In this document: in pieces, positions 7,562 through 16,481 of the stretch | How the letters are laid out: every line of letters begins with the position of its first letter | Numbering within the stretch: position 1 is the first letter of the stretch | Notes under the pieces: generated by a model | Told to the model about the DNA's origin: nothing | The model's input: the letters and a program-made list of their open reading frames with translations, nothing else | Databases searched by the model: none | Position numbers and translations under genes: made by a program | From: Phycisphaerales bacterium | Lineage (GTDB): Bacteria > Planctomycetota > Phycisphaerae > Phycisphaerales > UBA1924 | Assembly (NCBI GenBank): GCA_040879395.1 | Contig: JBBDKK010000115.1 | Coordinates: 1 to 26,751, forward strand | Reading direction: 5' to 3' | Length of the DNA: 26,751 nucleotides

Positions 7562-9175
7562 TCAATCGTCTGCGGGTGGCGGATCGCCCAGGGCCATCGT
7601 ATTTTCGTCGGGGCCAGAGGGGTTGTCCGTCGCTGCGGCGTCGGCGGGTTGGGGCGTGGGCGCGACGAAGGTGGCGGCGTTGACCGCCCCGTCGACCAGC
7701 GGGGCCGAGAAGACGAGCAGGAAGATGACGCCGAAGGCGGAGATCACCCCCGCGACGCGGCGCATGGGGAACGGGGAGGGGTAGACGGGGGAGGAGGGCT
7801 TCTCGCTGTCGTCGATGTAGGCCACGGCCACCAGCCGCAGGTAGTAGGCGGCGGCGATGGCCGAGTTGATGGCCAGGATCACCACCAGGGCGATGTGGCC
7901 GGCGGCGATGCCGGAGGTGAAGAGCCCGACCTTGGCGATGAAGCCCAGCAGAGGCGGGAAGCCCAGCGTGGAGAGCACGCAGATGATCAGGGTCCAGCCC
8001 AGCACGGGGTGGGACTTGCAGATGCCGCGGATGTCGTCGATGTGGTCGGCCTCCTTGCCGTCGCGGTGTTCAAGGGAGGCGAGGACGGCGAAGGTGCCGG
8101 TGGTCATGACGCCGTAGGTCAGCAGGTAAAACAGCACCGCGGCCAGGCCGTTCTCATAGAAGGGCGAGCCGGGGGATCCGGGGCCGGCGATGATGCCCAC
8201 GAGCATGTATCCCGAGTGGGCGATTGAGGAGTAGGCGAGGATGCGCTTGACCGAGGACTGAAGGAGGGCCAGGACATTGCCGACCGTCATCGTCAGGGCG
8301 GCCATGATCCAGAGGGTGGCCTCGAGTTCGATCGGCAGGTGGCCCGAGGCGTCGGCTCCGGAGGCGAACCCCCACCCGGCGGTGCCCAGGAGCATCATCA
8401 GCGCCAGGAAGCCGGCGGTCTTGGGGACGAAGGCGAGCATGGCCGAGACGGGCGAGGCCGCGCCCTGGTAGACATCGGGCGTGTAGAAGTGCATGGGAAC
8501 GGCGGCGATCTTGAATGACACCCCGATGACGGCGACCAGCAGGCCGATCATGCCGATTGGCGATATCCCCTCGGCGGCGAAGACGGCGGCGATCTCGGCG
8601 AGGTTCGTGCTGCCGGTGGCCCCGTAGACAAGTGCGAAGCCGTAGAGGAAGATCGCGGCCCCGAGGGCGCCGAGGAAAAAGTACTTGACCGCGGCCTCCA
8701 GGGCCGTGTCCTCCTCGCGGGAGATCGCGACCATGATGTAGGTGGGCAGCGAGGTCAGCTCAAGGGCCAGGAAGAGCCAGATGAGGTCGTCGGCGGAGGC
8801 CGTGAGCATGAGCCCGGTGAGCGAGAACATGAAGAAGGCGTAGAACTCGCCGCGGTTGGAACGGATGGACTCGAACCGGCGGCCCTTGTCCACCTCGGCC
8901 TCGAGGCGGCGGTCGACGGTGCCCGAGAGCAGCAGCAGGATCATCAGGCCGACGGCGGCGATCATCATCTTGGCGTAGGGGATCAGCTCGGGAAACATGC
9001 CCGAGGTGGAGGGCGAGGTCATCGCGGCGAAGAAGGCCAGCGTGAGGGCGATGAAGCAGATCCACGGCGTGAACTGGCGGATCGCGCGGTTGGGCCACTG
9101 CCCGGTGATCATCACGAGGCAGGTGCCGATGAAGAGGAGGATCTCGGGCCAGAGGATCGCGAGTTTCTCAGTCAT
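7562..9175 (-). CDS. nuoN: NADH-quinone oxidoreductase subunit N
   Basis: LFLALELTSL, EAAVKYFFLGA, FKIAAVPMHFYTPDVYQGA, KRILAYSSIAHSGY, GFPPLLGFIAK. Confidence 0.95.
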   Translation of the reverse strand: MTEKLAILWPEILLFIGTCLVMITGQWPNRAIRQFTPWICFIALTLAFFAAMTSPSTSGMFPELIPYAKMMIAAVGLMILLLLSGTVDRRLEAEVDKGRRFESIRSNRGEFYAFFMFSLTGLMLTASADDLIWLFLALELTSLPTYIMVAISREEDTALEAAVKYFFLGALGAAIFLYGFALVYGATGSTNLAEIAAVFAAEGISPIGMIGLLVAVIGVSFKIAAVPMHFYTPDVYQGAASPVSAMLAFVPKTAGFLALMMLLGTAGWGFASGADASGHLPIELEATLWIMAALTMTVGNVLALLQSSVKRILAYSSIAHSGYMLVGIIAGPGSPGSPFYENGLAAVLFYLLTYGVMTTGTFAVLASLEHRDGKEADHIDDIRGICKSHPVLGWTLIICVLSTLGFPPLLGFIAKVGLFTSGIAAGHIALVVILAINSAIAAAYYLRLVAVAYIDDSEKPSSPVYPSPFPMRRVAGVISAFGVIFLLVFSAPLVDGAVNAATFVAPTPQPADAAATDNPSGPDENTMALGDPPPADD

Positions 9176-11018
9176 GCGCGGCTCCTTGGAATTCCATCGT
9201 ACCTGCTGCTGCGTCGCTGATCACTGGACCTTCATCCAAGACTCGTTTGAACTCGGCAAAATCGATATCATCACGAAGTCGTTGAACACCATTCTCATCT
9301 GGCTCTGTCATGAATGAGTTTACTTTTTCGTGATACATTTGCTCCGCAAGTACCTGGGGGCTCGGATCTGCAGTCTGGAATCCCTGATCATGTGTGAAAT
9401 AGTTGCTCGGGAGAGTCCGGGCTGAGTTAAGGGTTAAGTCAGATTCCAAGCCATTTGCTTCGTCGACCAAGGCAACCGTGTTGTTGACCGGCTCGTTGAT
9501 CGCGTCGAGCAGGATGGTGGGCTGGAGCCCGAAGAGGAGGCAGCCGATGGCCAGGGGGGTGAGGGTCGTGATCTCCCGCAGGTTCAGGTCCGTGGGCAGC
9601 TCGTTGTGGGGATGGTGGCCCGCGGGCTCACGCAGCGGGCCGAAGCAGACCTTGCCGACCATGATCAGCAGGTACATCGCGGCGATGACCATGCCGGTGC
9701 CCGCGAAGACGGCGAACCACGGGCCCAGCGAGGCGCCCCACGCGCCCGGCTCGCCGGCGGCGTTCCAGGCGGCGTCGGACTGGAAGGTGCCGATCAGGCA
9801 CAGCAGCTCGGAGGGGAAGCCGTTGAGCCCGGGCAGGCCGACGGAGGCCATCGTGAAGAAGACCATGAAGGTGGTCCAGATGGGCATCTTGGTCGCCAGC
9901 CCCCCCACCGTGTTCATGTCGCGGGTGTGGTAGCGCTCGTACATGAAGCCGATCATGAGGAAGAGCGCGCCGGTGGAGAGACCGTGGCTGAGCATATAGA
10001 GGATCGAGCCGCTCAAACCGGTGACATTGAGCGCGGCCAGCCCGAGGATGCAGAACCCCAGGTGGCTGACGGATGAATAGGCGACGAGCTTCTTGATGTC
10101 GGTCTGCACCCAGCAGATGAGCCCGGCGTAGATGATTCCGATGATCGCCAGCACGGCGATGGCCGGTGCGTACTCGAAGAAGGCCTGCGGGGCCAAGGGG
10201 ATGGCGAAGCGGTAGAAGCCGTAGGTTCCGAGTTTGAGCAGCACACCCGCGAGGATGACCGAGCCGGCGGTCGGGGCCTCGGTGTGCGCCAGGGGGAGCC
10301 AGGTGTGGACCGGGAATAGCGGCACCTTGACGGCGAACCCGGCGAGCATCGCGGCCAGCACCCAGCCCTGCTCGGCGAGGGTCATCTCGGCGGCGTAGGC
10401 GGTGAGGGTGGGGATGTGGAGCGTCCACGCACCGAGCTGGGAGTCCTGGGCGACGAACCAGACGACATAGACCAGGCCGGCGAGCGTGAGCATCGAACCG
10501 GTGAAGGTGTAGAGGAAGAACTTGGTGGAGGCGGCGATGCGGTTGGTCGAGCCGTATTTGCGGATGAGGATGAACATCGGCAGGAGCGTGAACTCGAAGC
10601 AGGTGTAGAAAAGCAGCAGGTCCTGGGCGGCGAAGACGCCGACCATCGCGCCCTGCAGGACGGTGAGCCAGGCGTAGTACATCCGCTTGTCGCCGGTGAT
10701 GGCGGTTTTGGACGCCAGCACGACGATCGGGCCCAGCAGGACGGTCAGCAGGATCAGCAGGAACGAGACCGAGTCCATGCCGACGGAGAACTCCAGGCCC
10801 AGGCCGGGCACCCAGGGCACGGCGTGGAGGAACTGTGGCGTGCCCGCCATGCTGAAGTCGAAGGCGGAAAGCAGGCGCAGGGCGGGGATGATGAGCAGGA
10901 GCGAGGTGACCAGCGCGACGCGGTAGGCGTAGTCGGGGTTGCGGAGCAGCCCGATGAGCACGCCCACGGCGACGGGGGCGAAGATCAGCAGCAGCAGTGA
11001 CCAGATTTCCAGATTCAT
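9168..11018 (-). CDS. nuoM: NADH-quinone oxidoreductase subunit M with about 98-aa C-terminal extension
   Basis: FYTCFEFTL, KVPLFPVHTWLPLAHTEAPT, LLKLGTYG, KKLVAYSSVSH, GLPGLNGFPSE; ATGA overlap with nuoL. Confidence 0.95.
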   Translation of the reverse strand: MNLEIWSLLLLIFAPVAVGVLIGLLRNPDYAYRVALVTSLLLIIPALRLLSAFDFSMAGTPQFLHAVPWVPGLGLEFSVGMDSVSFLLILLTVLLGPIVVLASKTAITGDKRMYYAWLTVLQGAMVGVFAAQDLLLFYTCFEFTLLPMFILIRKYGSTNRIAASTKFFLYTFTGSMLTLAGLVYVVWFVAQDSQLGAWTLHIPTLTAYAAEMTLAEQGWVLAAMLAGFAVKVPLFPVHTWLPLAHTEAPTAGSVILAGVLLKLGTYGFYRFAIPLAPQAFFEYAPAIAVLAIIGIIYAGLICWVQTDIKKLVAYSSVSHLGFCILGLAALNVTGLSGSILYMLSHGLSTGALFLMIGFMYERYHTRDMNTVGGLATKMPIWTTFMVFFTMASVGLPGLNGFPSELLCLIGTFQSDAAWNAAGEPGAWGASLGPWFAVFAGTGMVIAAMYLLIMVGKVCFGPLREPAGHHPHNELPTDLNLREITTLTPLAIGCLLFGLQPTILLDAINEPVNNTVALVDEANGLESDLTLNSARTLPSNYFTHDQGFQTADPSPQVLAEQMYHEKVNSFMTEPDENGVQRLRDDIDFAEFKRVLDEGPVISDAAAGTMEFQGAAHD

Positions 11019-13294
11019 GCTCCACCCCCCGCTCGCACAACGAAGACCAGCACAACGAAGAGGATCACGGCCAATCCGCCGGCCATCGAGACGGCGTAGC
11101 CCTGCAGGACGCCCGACTGGCTCGGCCGGATGATCCAGGCGAAAACCCGCGGCAGGAACCCGAAGATGTTGACCAGCCCGTCGATGAGTAGTTTGTCAAT
11201 CCAGTGGAAGATGTGGGAGATCACCCGCAGGGGGGTCACCAGCACGGCGTGGTAGAACTCATCGACGAACCACTTGTTCTCGGCCCATCTTGGCAGCGGC
11301 CCGGCGCGGCGGGCGACGGCGTCCATGCGGGTGGTGTCGGCCCGTTCGCGGTTGCCCAGGAACAGGCCCTGCCAGCCCTTGGGACCGTGGAGGAAGGCGG
11401 CGATCAGCACGCCCACGATGGCCCCGATGCCGGAGATGAGGATCATGGCATTGTGAGCGTCCATGCCGAAGACGGTGCCCGGGGCGGCGGTGCCCACCGG
11501 GCCGGCGACGGCGTGGGGCGCGACATGGTCGACATGGGCGTGGTGGGCCTCGGCGGCGTAGGGCGAGTGGAAGCTGGCGGTGGACTCGGCGACCATCGAG
11601 CCGACCCAGCCGTAATGCTCTGCCTTGTCGATGTAGGCCAGCGCGATCGCCAGCATCGAGGCGACGGCCAGCACGATCAGCACCGCGTTGATGGCCCAGC
11701 CGGGCGCATGCGGATGGAAGTGATGATGTCCGTGGTCCTCTTCCTCGTGTTCGGCCTTGACGCGTTCTTCCGCGAGTTCTTCGTGATATTCATCGCCCGG
11801 CTCGGCGTGCTGGGGGCCGACGAAGACGCGGAAGTAGACGCGGAAGGTGTAGTAGGCGGTGAGGATGGCGGTGGCGACGAGGATCCAGCCGATGACGGCG
11901 TAGCCGGGGGTGATGAAGGCCTCGGCCAAGATCATGTCCTTGGAGTAGAAGCCGGAAGTGATGTAGGGCAGGCCGGCGAGGTTCATGCAGCCGACGAGCA
12001 TCGTGACGCCCACGATCCCCCAGCCCTTCATCCACGCCACGCCCGAGAGCTTGCGCAGGTCGAGCTGGCCGGCGAAACCGTGCATGACCGCGCCGCAGGC
12101 GAGGAAGAGCAGGGCCTTGAAGAAGGCGTGTGTCAGCACATGGAAGGCCGCGCCCGTCGTGGTCAACAGGCCCAGCCCCGCGAACATGTATCCCAGCTGC
12201 GAGACGGTGGAGTAGGCCATGATCCGCTTGATATCGAACTGGGCCATGCCGATGGTGGCGGCCAGGACGGCGGTGATGGTGCCGATCCATGCGACGGTGG
12301 GCAGGGCGTGCTCACTGACCAGGAACACCGGGTACATGCGGGCGATCAGGTACACGCCCGCGGTGACCATCGTGGCGGCGTGGATCAGGGCCGAGACCGG
12401 GGTCGGGCCCTCCATCGCGTCGGGGAGCCAGACATACAGGGGGAACTGGGCGGATTTACCGAAGGCGCCGATCATCATCAGCAGGGCGATCCACTGGGCC
12501 TGGGACGGGATCATCGAGAAGTCGCCGACGGCGGCGGCACTGATGTAGCCGTGAAGCTTGTCGCTGGAAAAAAGCTCGGCGTATTGGACGGTGCCGAAGT
12601 GCACGAAGGTCAGGTAGATGCCCAGCGCCAGGCCAAGGTCGCCGATGCGGTTGACGATGAACGCCTTCTTGGCGGCGGCGACGGCGTCGGGCTTCTTGTA
12701 AAAATACCCGATCAGCAGGTACGAGCAGAGCCCCACGCCCTCCCAGCCCAGGTAGAGCATGATGAGGTTGTCGCCCATGACCAGGCAGGCCATGGAGAAC
12801 ACGAAGAGGTTGAAGGCCGCGAAGAAGCGGCAGTAGCCCATGCCCTGATCGTGGGCCATGTATTCGCTGGCGTAGAGCGCGATTAGCGTCGCCAGCCCGG
12901 TGACGAAGAGCATCCAGAGGATGGTGAGCTTATCGATGAAGAACGAGAAGTTGGCGATGAACGACCGCTCGCCGTAGTGCAGGTTGAACCACTCGAAGGC
13001 CTGCACGGTGTAGGGCTCGCCGTCGTAGCCCATGAACATGCTCAGCGTGGCGATGAAGGCGATGGCCAGCAGGCCCACGGTGGTCCAGGCCGGGAGCTTG
13101 GACTTGACGCCCGTGAACGCGTAGATCCCGCAGAGGGCGCAGCCGAGCAGCGGCAGGAAGGGGATCAGCAGCACCCACCCGGGCCCGGTCCCCACATGAG
13201 AAACCAAGTGCTCCAGATGCGCGGCGGGGCCCTGGGACTCCGGGGCCATCGCCAGCGGGGCCGAGAGTGTGTTGATCAACGAAGCGGTCATCAT
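11015..13294 (-). CDS. nuoL: NADH-quinone oxidoreductase subunit L
   Basis: GWEGVGLCSYLLIG, KAFIVNRIGD, GKSAQFPLYVWLPDAMEGPTPVSALIHAATMV, HAFFKALLFL. ATG 13294 overlaps the nuoK stop (ATGA) with GGAAGGA RBS. Confidence 0.96.
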   Translation of the reverse strand: MMTASLINTLSAPLAMAPESQGPAAHLEHLVSHVGTGPGWVLLIPFLPLLGCALCGIYAFTGVKSKLPAWTTVGLLAIAFIATLSMFMGYDGEPYTVQAFEWFNLHYGERSFIANFSFFIDKLTILWMLFVTGLATLIALYASEYMAHDQGMGYCRFFAAFNLFVFSMACLVMGDNLIMLYLGWEGVGLCSYLLIGYFYKKPDAVAAAKKAFIVNRIGDLGLALGIYLTFVHFGTVQYAELFSSDKLHGYISAAAVGDFSMIPSQAQWIALLMMIGAFGKSAQFPLYVWLPDAMEGPTPVSALIHAATMVTAGVYLIARMYPVFLVSEHALPTVAWIGTITAVLAATIGMAQFDIKRIMAYSTVSQLGYMFAGLGLLTTTGAAFHVLTHAFFKALLFLACGAVMHGFAGQLDLRKLSGVAWMKGWGIVGVTMLVGCMNLAGLPYITSGFYSKDMILAEAFITPGYAVIGWILVATAILTAYYTFRVYFRVFVGPQHAEPGDEYHEELAEERVKAEHEEEDHGHHHFHPHAPGWAINAVLIVLAVASMLAIALAYIDKAEHYGWVGSMVAESTASFHSPYAAEAHHAHVDHVAPHAVAGPVGTAAPGTVFGMDAHNAMILISGIGAIVGVLIAAFLHGPKGWQGLFLGNRERADTTRMDAVARRAGPLPRWAENKWFVDEFYHAVLVTPLRVISHIFHWIDKLLIDGLVNIFGFLPRVFAWIIRPSQSGVLQGYAVSMAGGLAVILFVVLVFVVRAGGGA

Positions 13295-13665
13295 CCGTTG
13301 AGTTCCTTCCACGCCGAGGCGCCCAGCGTTTCACGGTGACGGAACAGCAGCACCACCAGCGCCAGGGCCATCGCGGCCTCCGCCGCGGCGACACAGAGCA
13401 CGAAGATCACGAAAGTCTGCCCGTCGGCCCCGAGATGGTGGCGGCCGAAGGCGATCAACGCCAACCCGGCGGCCTGGAACATCAGCTCCGTGCACAGGAA
13501 CATGATGATCATGTTCTTGCGGGTCAGGAATCCGATGAGGCCGATCACGAACATCGATGCGGACACCAGCAGGTACGGCGCGAGCACGGAGCCGGCGACT
13601 TCCTCCGGGAAGGCGAGCTGGGCGGGGGCCATGAGCCCGGTGAGTGCGGAGAGGGTTTCCATCAT
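13291..13665 (-). CDS. nuoK: NADH-quinone oxidoreductase subunit K
   Basis: Three TM helices, RKNMIIMFLCTELM, VAAAEAAMALAL (both conserved Glu present). Confidence 0.95.
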   Translation of the reverse strand: MMETLSALTGLMAPAQLAFPEEVAGSVLAPYLLVSASMFVIGLIGFLTRKNMIIMFLCTELMFQAAGLALIAFGRHHLGADGQTFVIFVLCVAAAEAAMALALVVLLFRHRETLGASAWKELNG

Positions 13666-14708
13666 GACGCCCCCCCGCTTTCGGTCACGCCGTGCGGGTC
13701 TTCGGGGAACATGGTCCCCAGACGCCTGGCCTGCGTGGCCTTGAGGTCCTCTTCGAGTTCAACATGCTTGCGGGCAAGGACCGTGGCCCCCAGCATGGCC
13801 ATCAGCAGGATGATGCCGGCGACCTCGATCATCATCGGGTGGTCGTTGAGCAGGTTGTAGCCCAGCCGATCGAGGTTATTGGCGCGGAGTTCCTCGGGCC
13901 AGTCCTCCGGGCCGAGCGTGCGGGTCGCCACGATCAGCGGCTCGCCGTGGGCGTCCTCACCCTCGATCAGCTCGATCCGGCTTATCCGCTCGTCGGGGTC
14001 AATGACCGCCATGCCCGTCTCTGGGTCGCGGGCCACCCGCCATCCGCCGTCGAGCAGGCCGTTGCGGGCGAGGACCTTGTCGGCCTTGCCGGGCAGGTAG
14101 GCGAGCACACCGTCCTGTGCCCTGGCCTGGGTCATGACTGGCTCGGGGAGGCGGCCGACGCCGCTGAACATCGCGGCCGTGAGCAGACCGACGAGGACAA
14201 AGCCGATGACGCTTGCAAGGATCGGCTCGCGTGATTCGGCATCGACCTCGCCGAGCATCGAATCGTCCTCGCCCGTGGGGGCCTGGGTGGCGAGCATGAT
14301 GACGAAGAGGTAGGTGATCAGGATCGCGCCCGCGTAGATGATGACCAGCGCGAACGCCAAAAACTCGGCGGACAGCAGCAGGTAGAGCCCGCAGCTGGCG
14401 ATGATCGTCATGATGAAGTAAAGGGCGGAGTAGACCGGGCGTTTGTGCGTGATGACGCGGATGGCCGAGCCCAGGGCGATCAGGGCGAAGGGGTAGAAGA
14501 AGAAGTTCGGCTGGGGGTTCCCGTTGTCGTTGGCCCGCAGGCCCATCAGCAGCGCGGCCAAGCCGAAAGCGAACGCCAGGACGATGGCCCCGGTGATCAC
14601 CAGCCCGCGCCCGCCATTGGGTGTCCGCCGGGGCAGGGCCAGGGCGATCCCGGCCGCGCCCAGGCCGCAGATGAGGTACAACGCAATCGGATCGATGATC
14701 TGTTCCAC
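13662..14708 (-). CDS. nuoJ: NADH-quinone oxidoreductase subunit J, enlarged (about 348 aa)
   Basis: PVYSALYF, AEFLA..IIYAGAILITYLFVIML, IEVAGIILLMAMLGATVLAR. GTG 14708 chosen because the 46 codons upstream in the ORF track look non-coding. Confidence 0.9.
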   Translation of the reverse strand: MEQIIDPIALYLICGLGAAGIALALPRRTPNGGRGLVITGAIVLAFAFGLAALLMGLRANDNGNPQPNFFFYPFALIALGSAIRVITHKRPVYSALYFIMTIIASCGLYLLLSAEFLAFALVIIYAGAILITYLFVIMLATQAPTGEDDSMLGEVDAESREPILASVIGFVLVGLLTAAMFSGVGRLPEPVMTQARAQDGVLAYLPGKADKVLARNGLLDGGWRVARDPETGMAVIDPDERISRIELIEGEDAHGEPLIVATRTLGPEDWPEELRANNLDRLGYNLLNDHPMMIEVAGIILLMAMLGATVLARKHVELEEDLKATQARRLGTMFPEDPHGVTESGGAS

Positions 14709-15087
14709 CGTGTCTCTTTCGCGGCCCGCTGAGGGCGTGTGCCCATGAACCCTGAACGCGGAAATAGGCCTGTGTGCGGCGTGAGTGATGTATACGGAAA
14801 CCGGTCTGGTTGCTGCCCGGGTCCGCTGATTCCGTCTCCCGATCAATGCCCGGCGTGCGTCGAACGCCGTACGGCCCTGGCATCATCTATACACCCGACA
14901 CGGCCGATGTGTGCTTTGCCGCCGGTCGGGATGTGGAGGATAGTGCGCGGCGGTGTTGGCTTCCACTCACCAACCCGTTTCAAACGCGCGCATGGGCATT
15001 CTCTGAATGATCCGCGGCGATCTGGCGGTCGGCTGGCGTTTCGGCCGTCCGCTCCTCTCACGCGTGACGCCACCGTCTTTGGGGCTC

Positions 15088-15093
15088 TATCAT
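15088..15093 (+). promoter_or_regulatory. Putative -10 hexamer (TATCAT) 7 nt before the pgsA ATG; probable leaderless promoter
   Basis: TATCAT-cgtcgct-ATG, with no Shine-Dalgarno. Confidence 0.5.
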
Positions 15094-15100
15094 CGTCGCT

Positions 15101-15925
15101 ATGAACGCACCCAGAGCGATGATGCAGGCCCAACCCGATCGCAAAGTCCATATCCCCAACCTGCTCACCATCGCGCGGCTGCTGCTCGCGTGGGTGTTCA
15201 TCATCCTCGTTTCCTATGTTCAGCCGAGAACGATCAGCACCCAACCTACTGATATTGATCGACTTGGCGAGATTTCGCACCCCTCGGGAGGCCTGCTGAT
15301 CGCGGCGGTCGTGGTTTTCATCATCGCGGCCATCACCGATTTCCTCGACGGGCATCTGGCCCGCAAATGGGACGCCGTCACGCGCTTCGGACGCATCATG
15401 GACCCACTGGCGGACAAGCTGCTGATCCTCGGCGGCTTCGTCATGCTCGCAACCCCCGCCTTCCACGCCGAGATCCTCCTCGCAGACACCACCATCCAGA
15501 TCTCCGGCGTCGCCGGGTGGATGGTCGCGGCCATGATCATGCGGGAGCTGCTGGTCACCTCCATCCGGGGTGTGTATGAGGGGGAGGGCGTCGATTTCTC
15601 CGCCGGGACCCTGGGCAAGGCCAAGATGATCCTCCAGTCCGGCTCGATCCCGATCATCCTGCTCATCATCGCCCTGGGCTCTCCCGGGCCAGACACCACC
15701 GGGCGGCTGGTGATTGTGGTGCTGGTGTGGGCCACGGTCGTCGTCACGCTGCTTTCGGGCCTGCCCTACATCGGCAAGGCCATGAAGCACAGCATCGAGC
15801 AGAACGCCCGGATGCTCGAGGCGATGCGGGGCCGCAAGGCCCGCAAGCCCACCAAGGTGCAGGGCCCCCCCGCCAAACCACGCCCCAAGAGCAACAAGGG
15901 CGGGCAGGGCATCAAAAAGCGGTAA
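15101..15925 (+). CDS. pgsA: CDP-diacylglycerol--glycerol-3-phosphate 3-phosphatidyltransferase (CDP-alcohol phosphotransferase)
   Basis: IPNLLTIARL, TDFLDGHLARK..VTRFGRIMDPLADK signature, RELLVTSIR, GKAKM; next to pgpA. Confidence 0.92.
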   Translation: MNAPRAMMQAQPDRKVHIPNLLTIARLLLAWVFIILVSYVQPRTISTQPTDIDRLGEISHPSGGLLIAAVVVFIIAAITDFLDGHLARKWDAVTRFGRIMDPLADKLLILGGFVMLATPAFHAEILLADTTIQISGVAGWMVAAMIMRELLVTSIRGVYEGEGVDFSAGTLGKAKMILQSGSIPIILLIIALGSPGPDTTGRLVIVVLVWATVVVTLLSGLPYIGKAMKHSIEQNARMLEAMRGRKARKPTKVQGPPAKPRPKSNKGGQGIKKR

Positions 15926-15944
15926 GACCGAAGGATCATCCCTC

Positions 15945-16454
15945 ATGAACACCATGGATCACCCCACCGAGATGCTCCTGACCGTCGCCGGGTTGGGGCA
16001 CCGCCGCCCGTTCCCGGGAACCTGGGGCTCGATCCCGCCGGTGGTCATCGCCGGGGTGCTCATCGCCGCGGGGCTGGGCCCGGGCAGCACCCTTGCCTGG
16101 ATCTATTTCGCAGCCATGGCCCTGCTGGCGGTCGTATTCACCCTCGTGTGCGTCCTGCTGGGCATCCAGGCGGAGGCCAAGTGGGGCAAAGACCCGTCCC
16201 AGGTGGTCGCCGACGAGGTCGCGGGCCAGAGCATCACGCTGATGTTTATCCCCGCCGGGGTCTGTGTGTGCCCCATGTCCACGATCTGGGTGCTGCTGGG
16301 GGCGTTCGTGCTCTTCCGGGCGTTCGATATCCTCAAGCCCTGGCCGGCGGGGGCCGTGCAACGGATCGCCGGCGGGTGGGGCGTGGTGCTGGACGACCTG
16401 ATCGCGGGCGTGATGGCCGGGGTCGCGATGCTGATCGTGCTCTGGATACTCTAA
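15945..16454 (+). CDS. pgpA: Phosphatidylglycerophosphatase A
   Basis: PGTWGS, DPSQVVADEVAG, FRAFDILKPWP, GWGVVLDDLIAG. Confidence 0.93.
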   Translation: MNTMDHPTEMLLTVAGLGHRRPFPGTWGSIPPVVIAGVLIAAGLGPGSTLAWIYFAAMALLAVVFTLVCVLLGIQAEAKWGKDPSQVVADEVAGQSITLMFIPAGVCVCPMSTIWVLLGAFVLFRAFDILKPWPAGAVQRIAGGWGVVLDDLIAGVMAGVAMLIVLWIL

Positions 16455-16481
16455 CCGCTTCCACCGGCATGGTTTAAGCAC

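Noticed and set aside
6833-12886. Long plus-strand ORFs 6833..8227 and 11204..12886, and the alternate-frame ORF 9628..11055
   Set aside because: Shadows of terC and the nuo genes, with biased composition and no motifs.
7562-14708. Mrp Na+/H+ antiporter or hydrogenase membrane module instead of complex I
   Set aside because: Gene order J-K-L-M-N and the NuoJ (YAGA), NuoK, NuoL (DAMEGPTPVSALIH) and NuoM (HTEAPT) signatures fit Nuo; no MrpE/F/G or hydrogenase genes are present.
14709-14846. 46-codon N-terminal extension of NuoJ in the ORF track
   Set aside because: Arg-rich, non-membrane sequence that looks like translated 5' UTR; GTG 14708 fits better.
14843-15955. 370-aa minus-strand ORF
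   Set aside because: Antisense to pgsA and the divergent promoter region.
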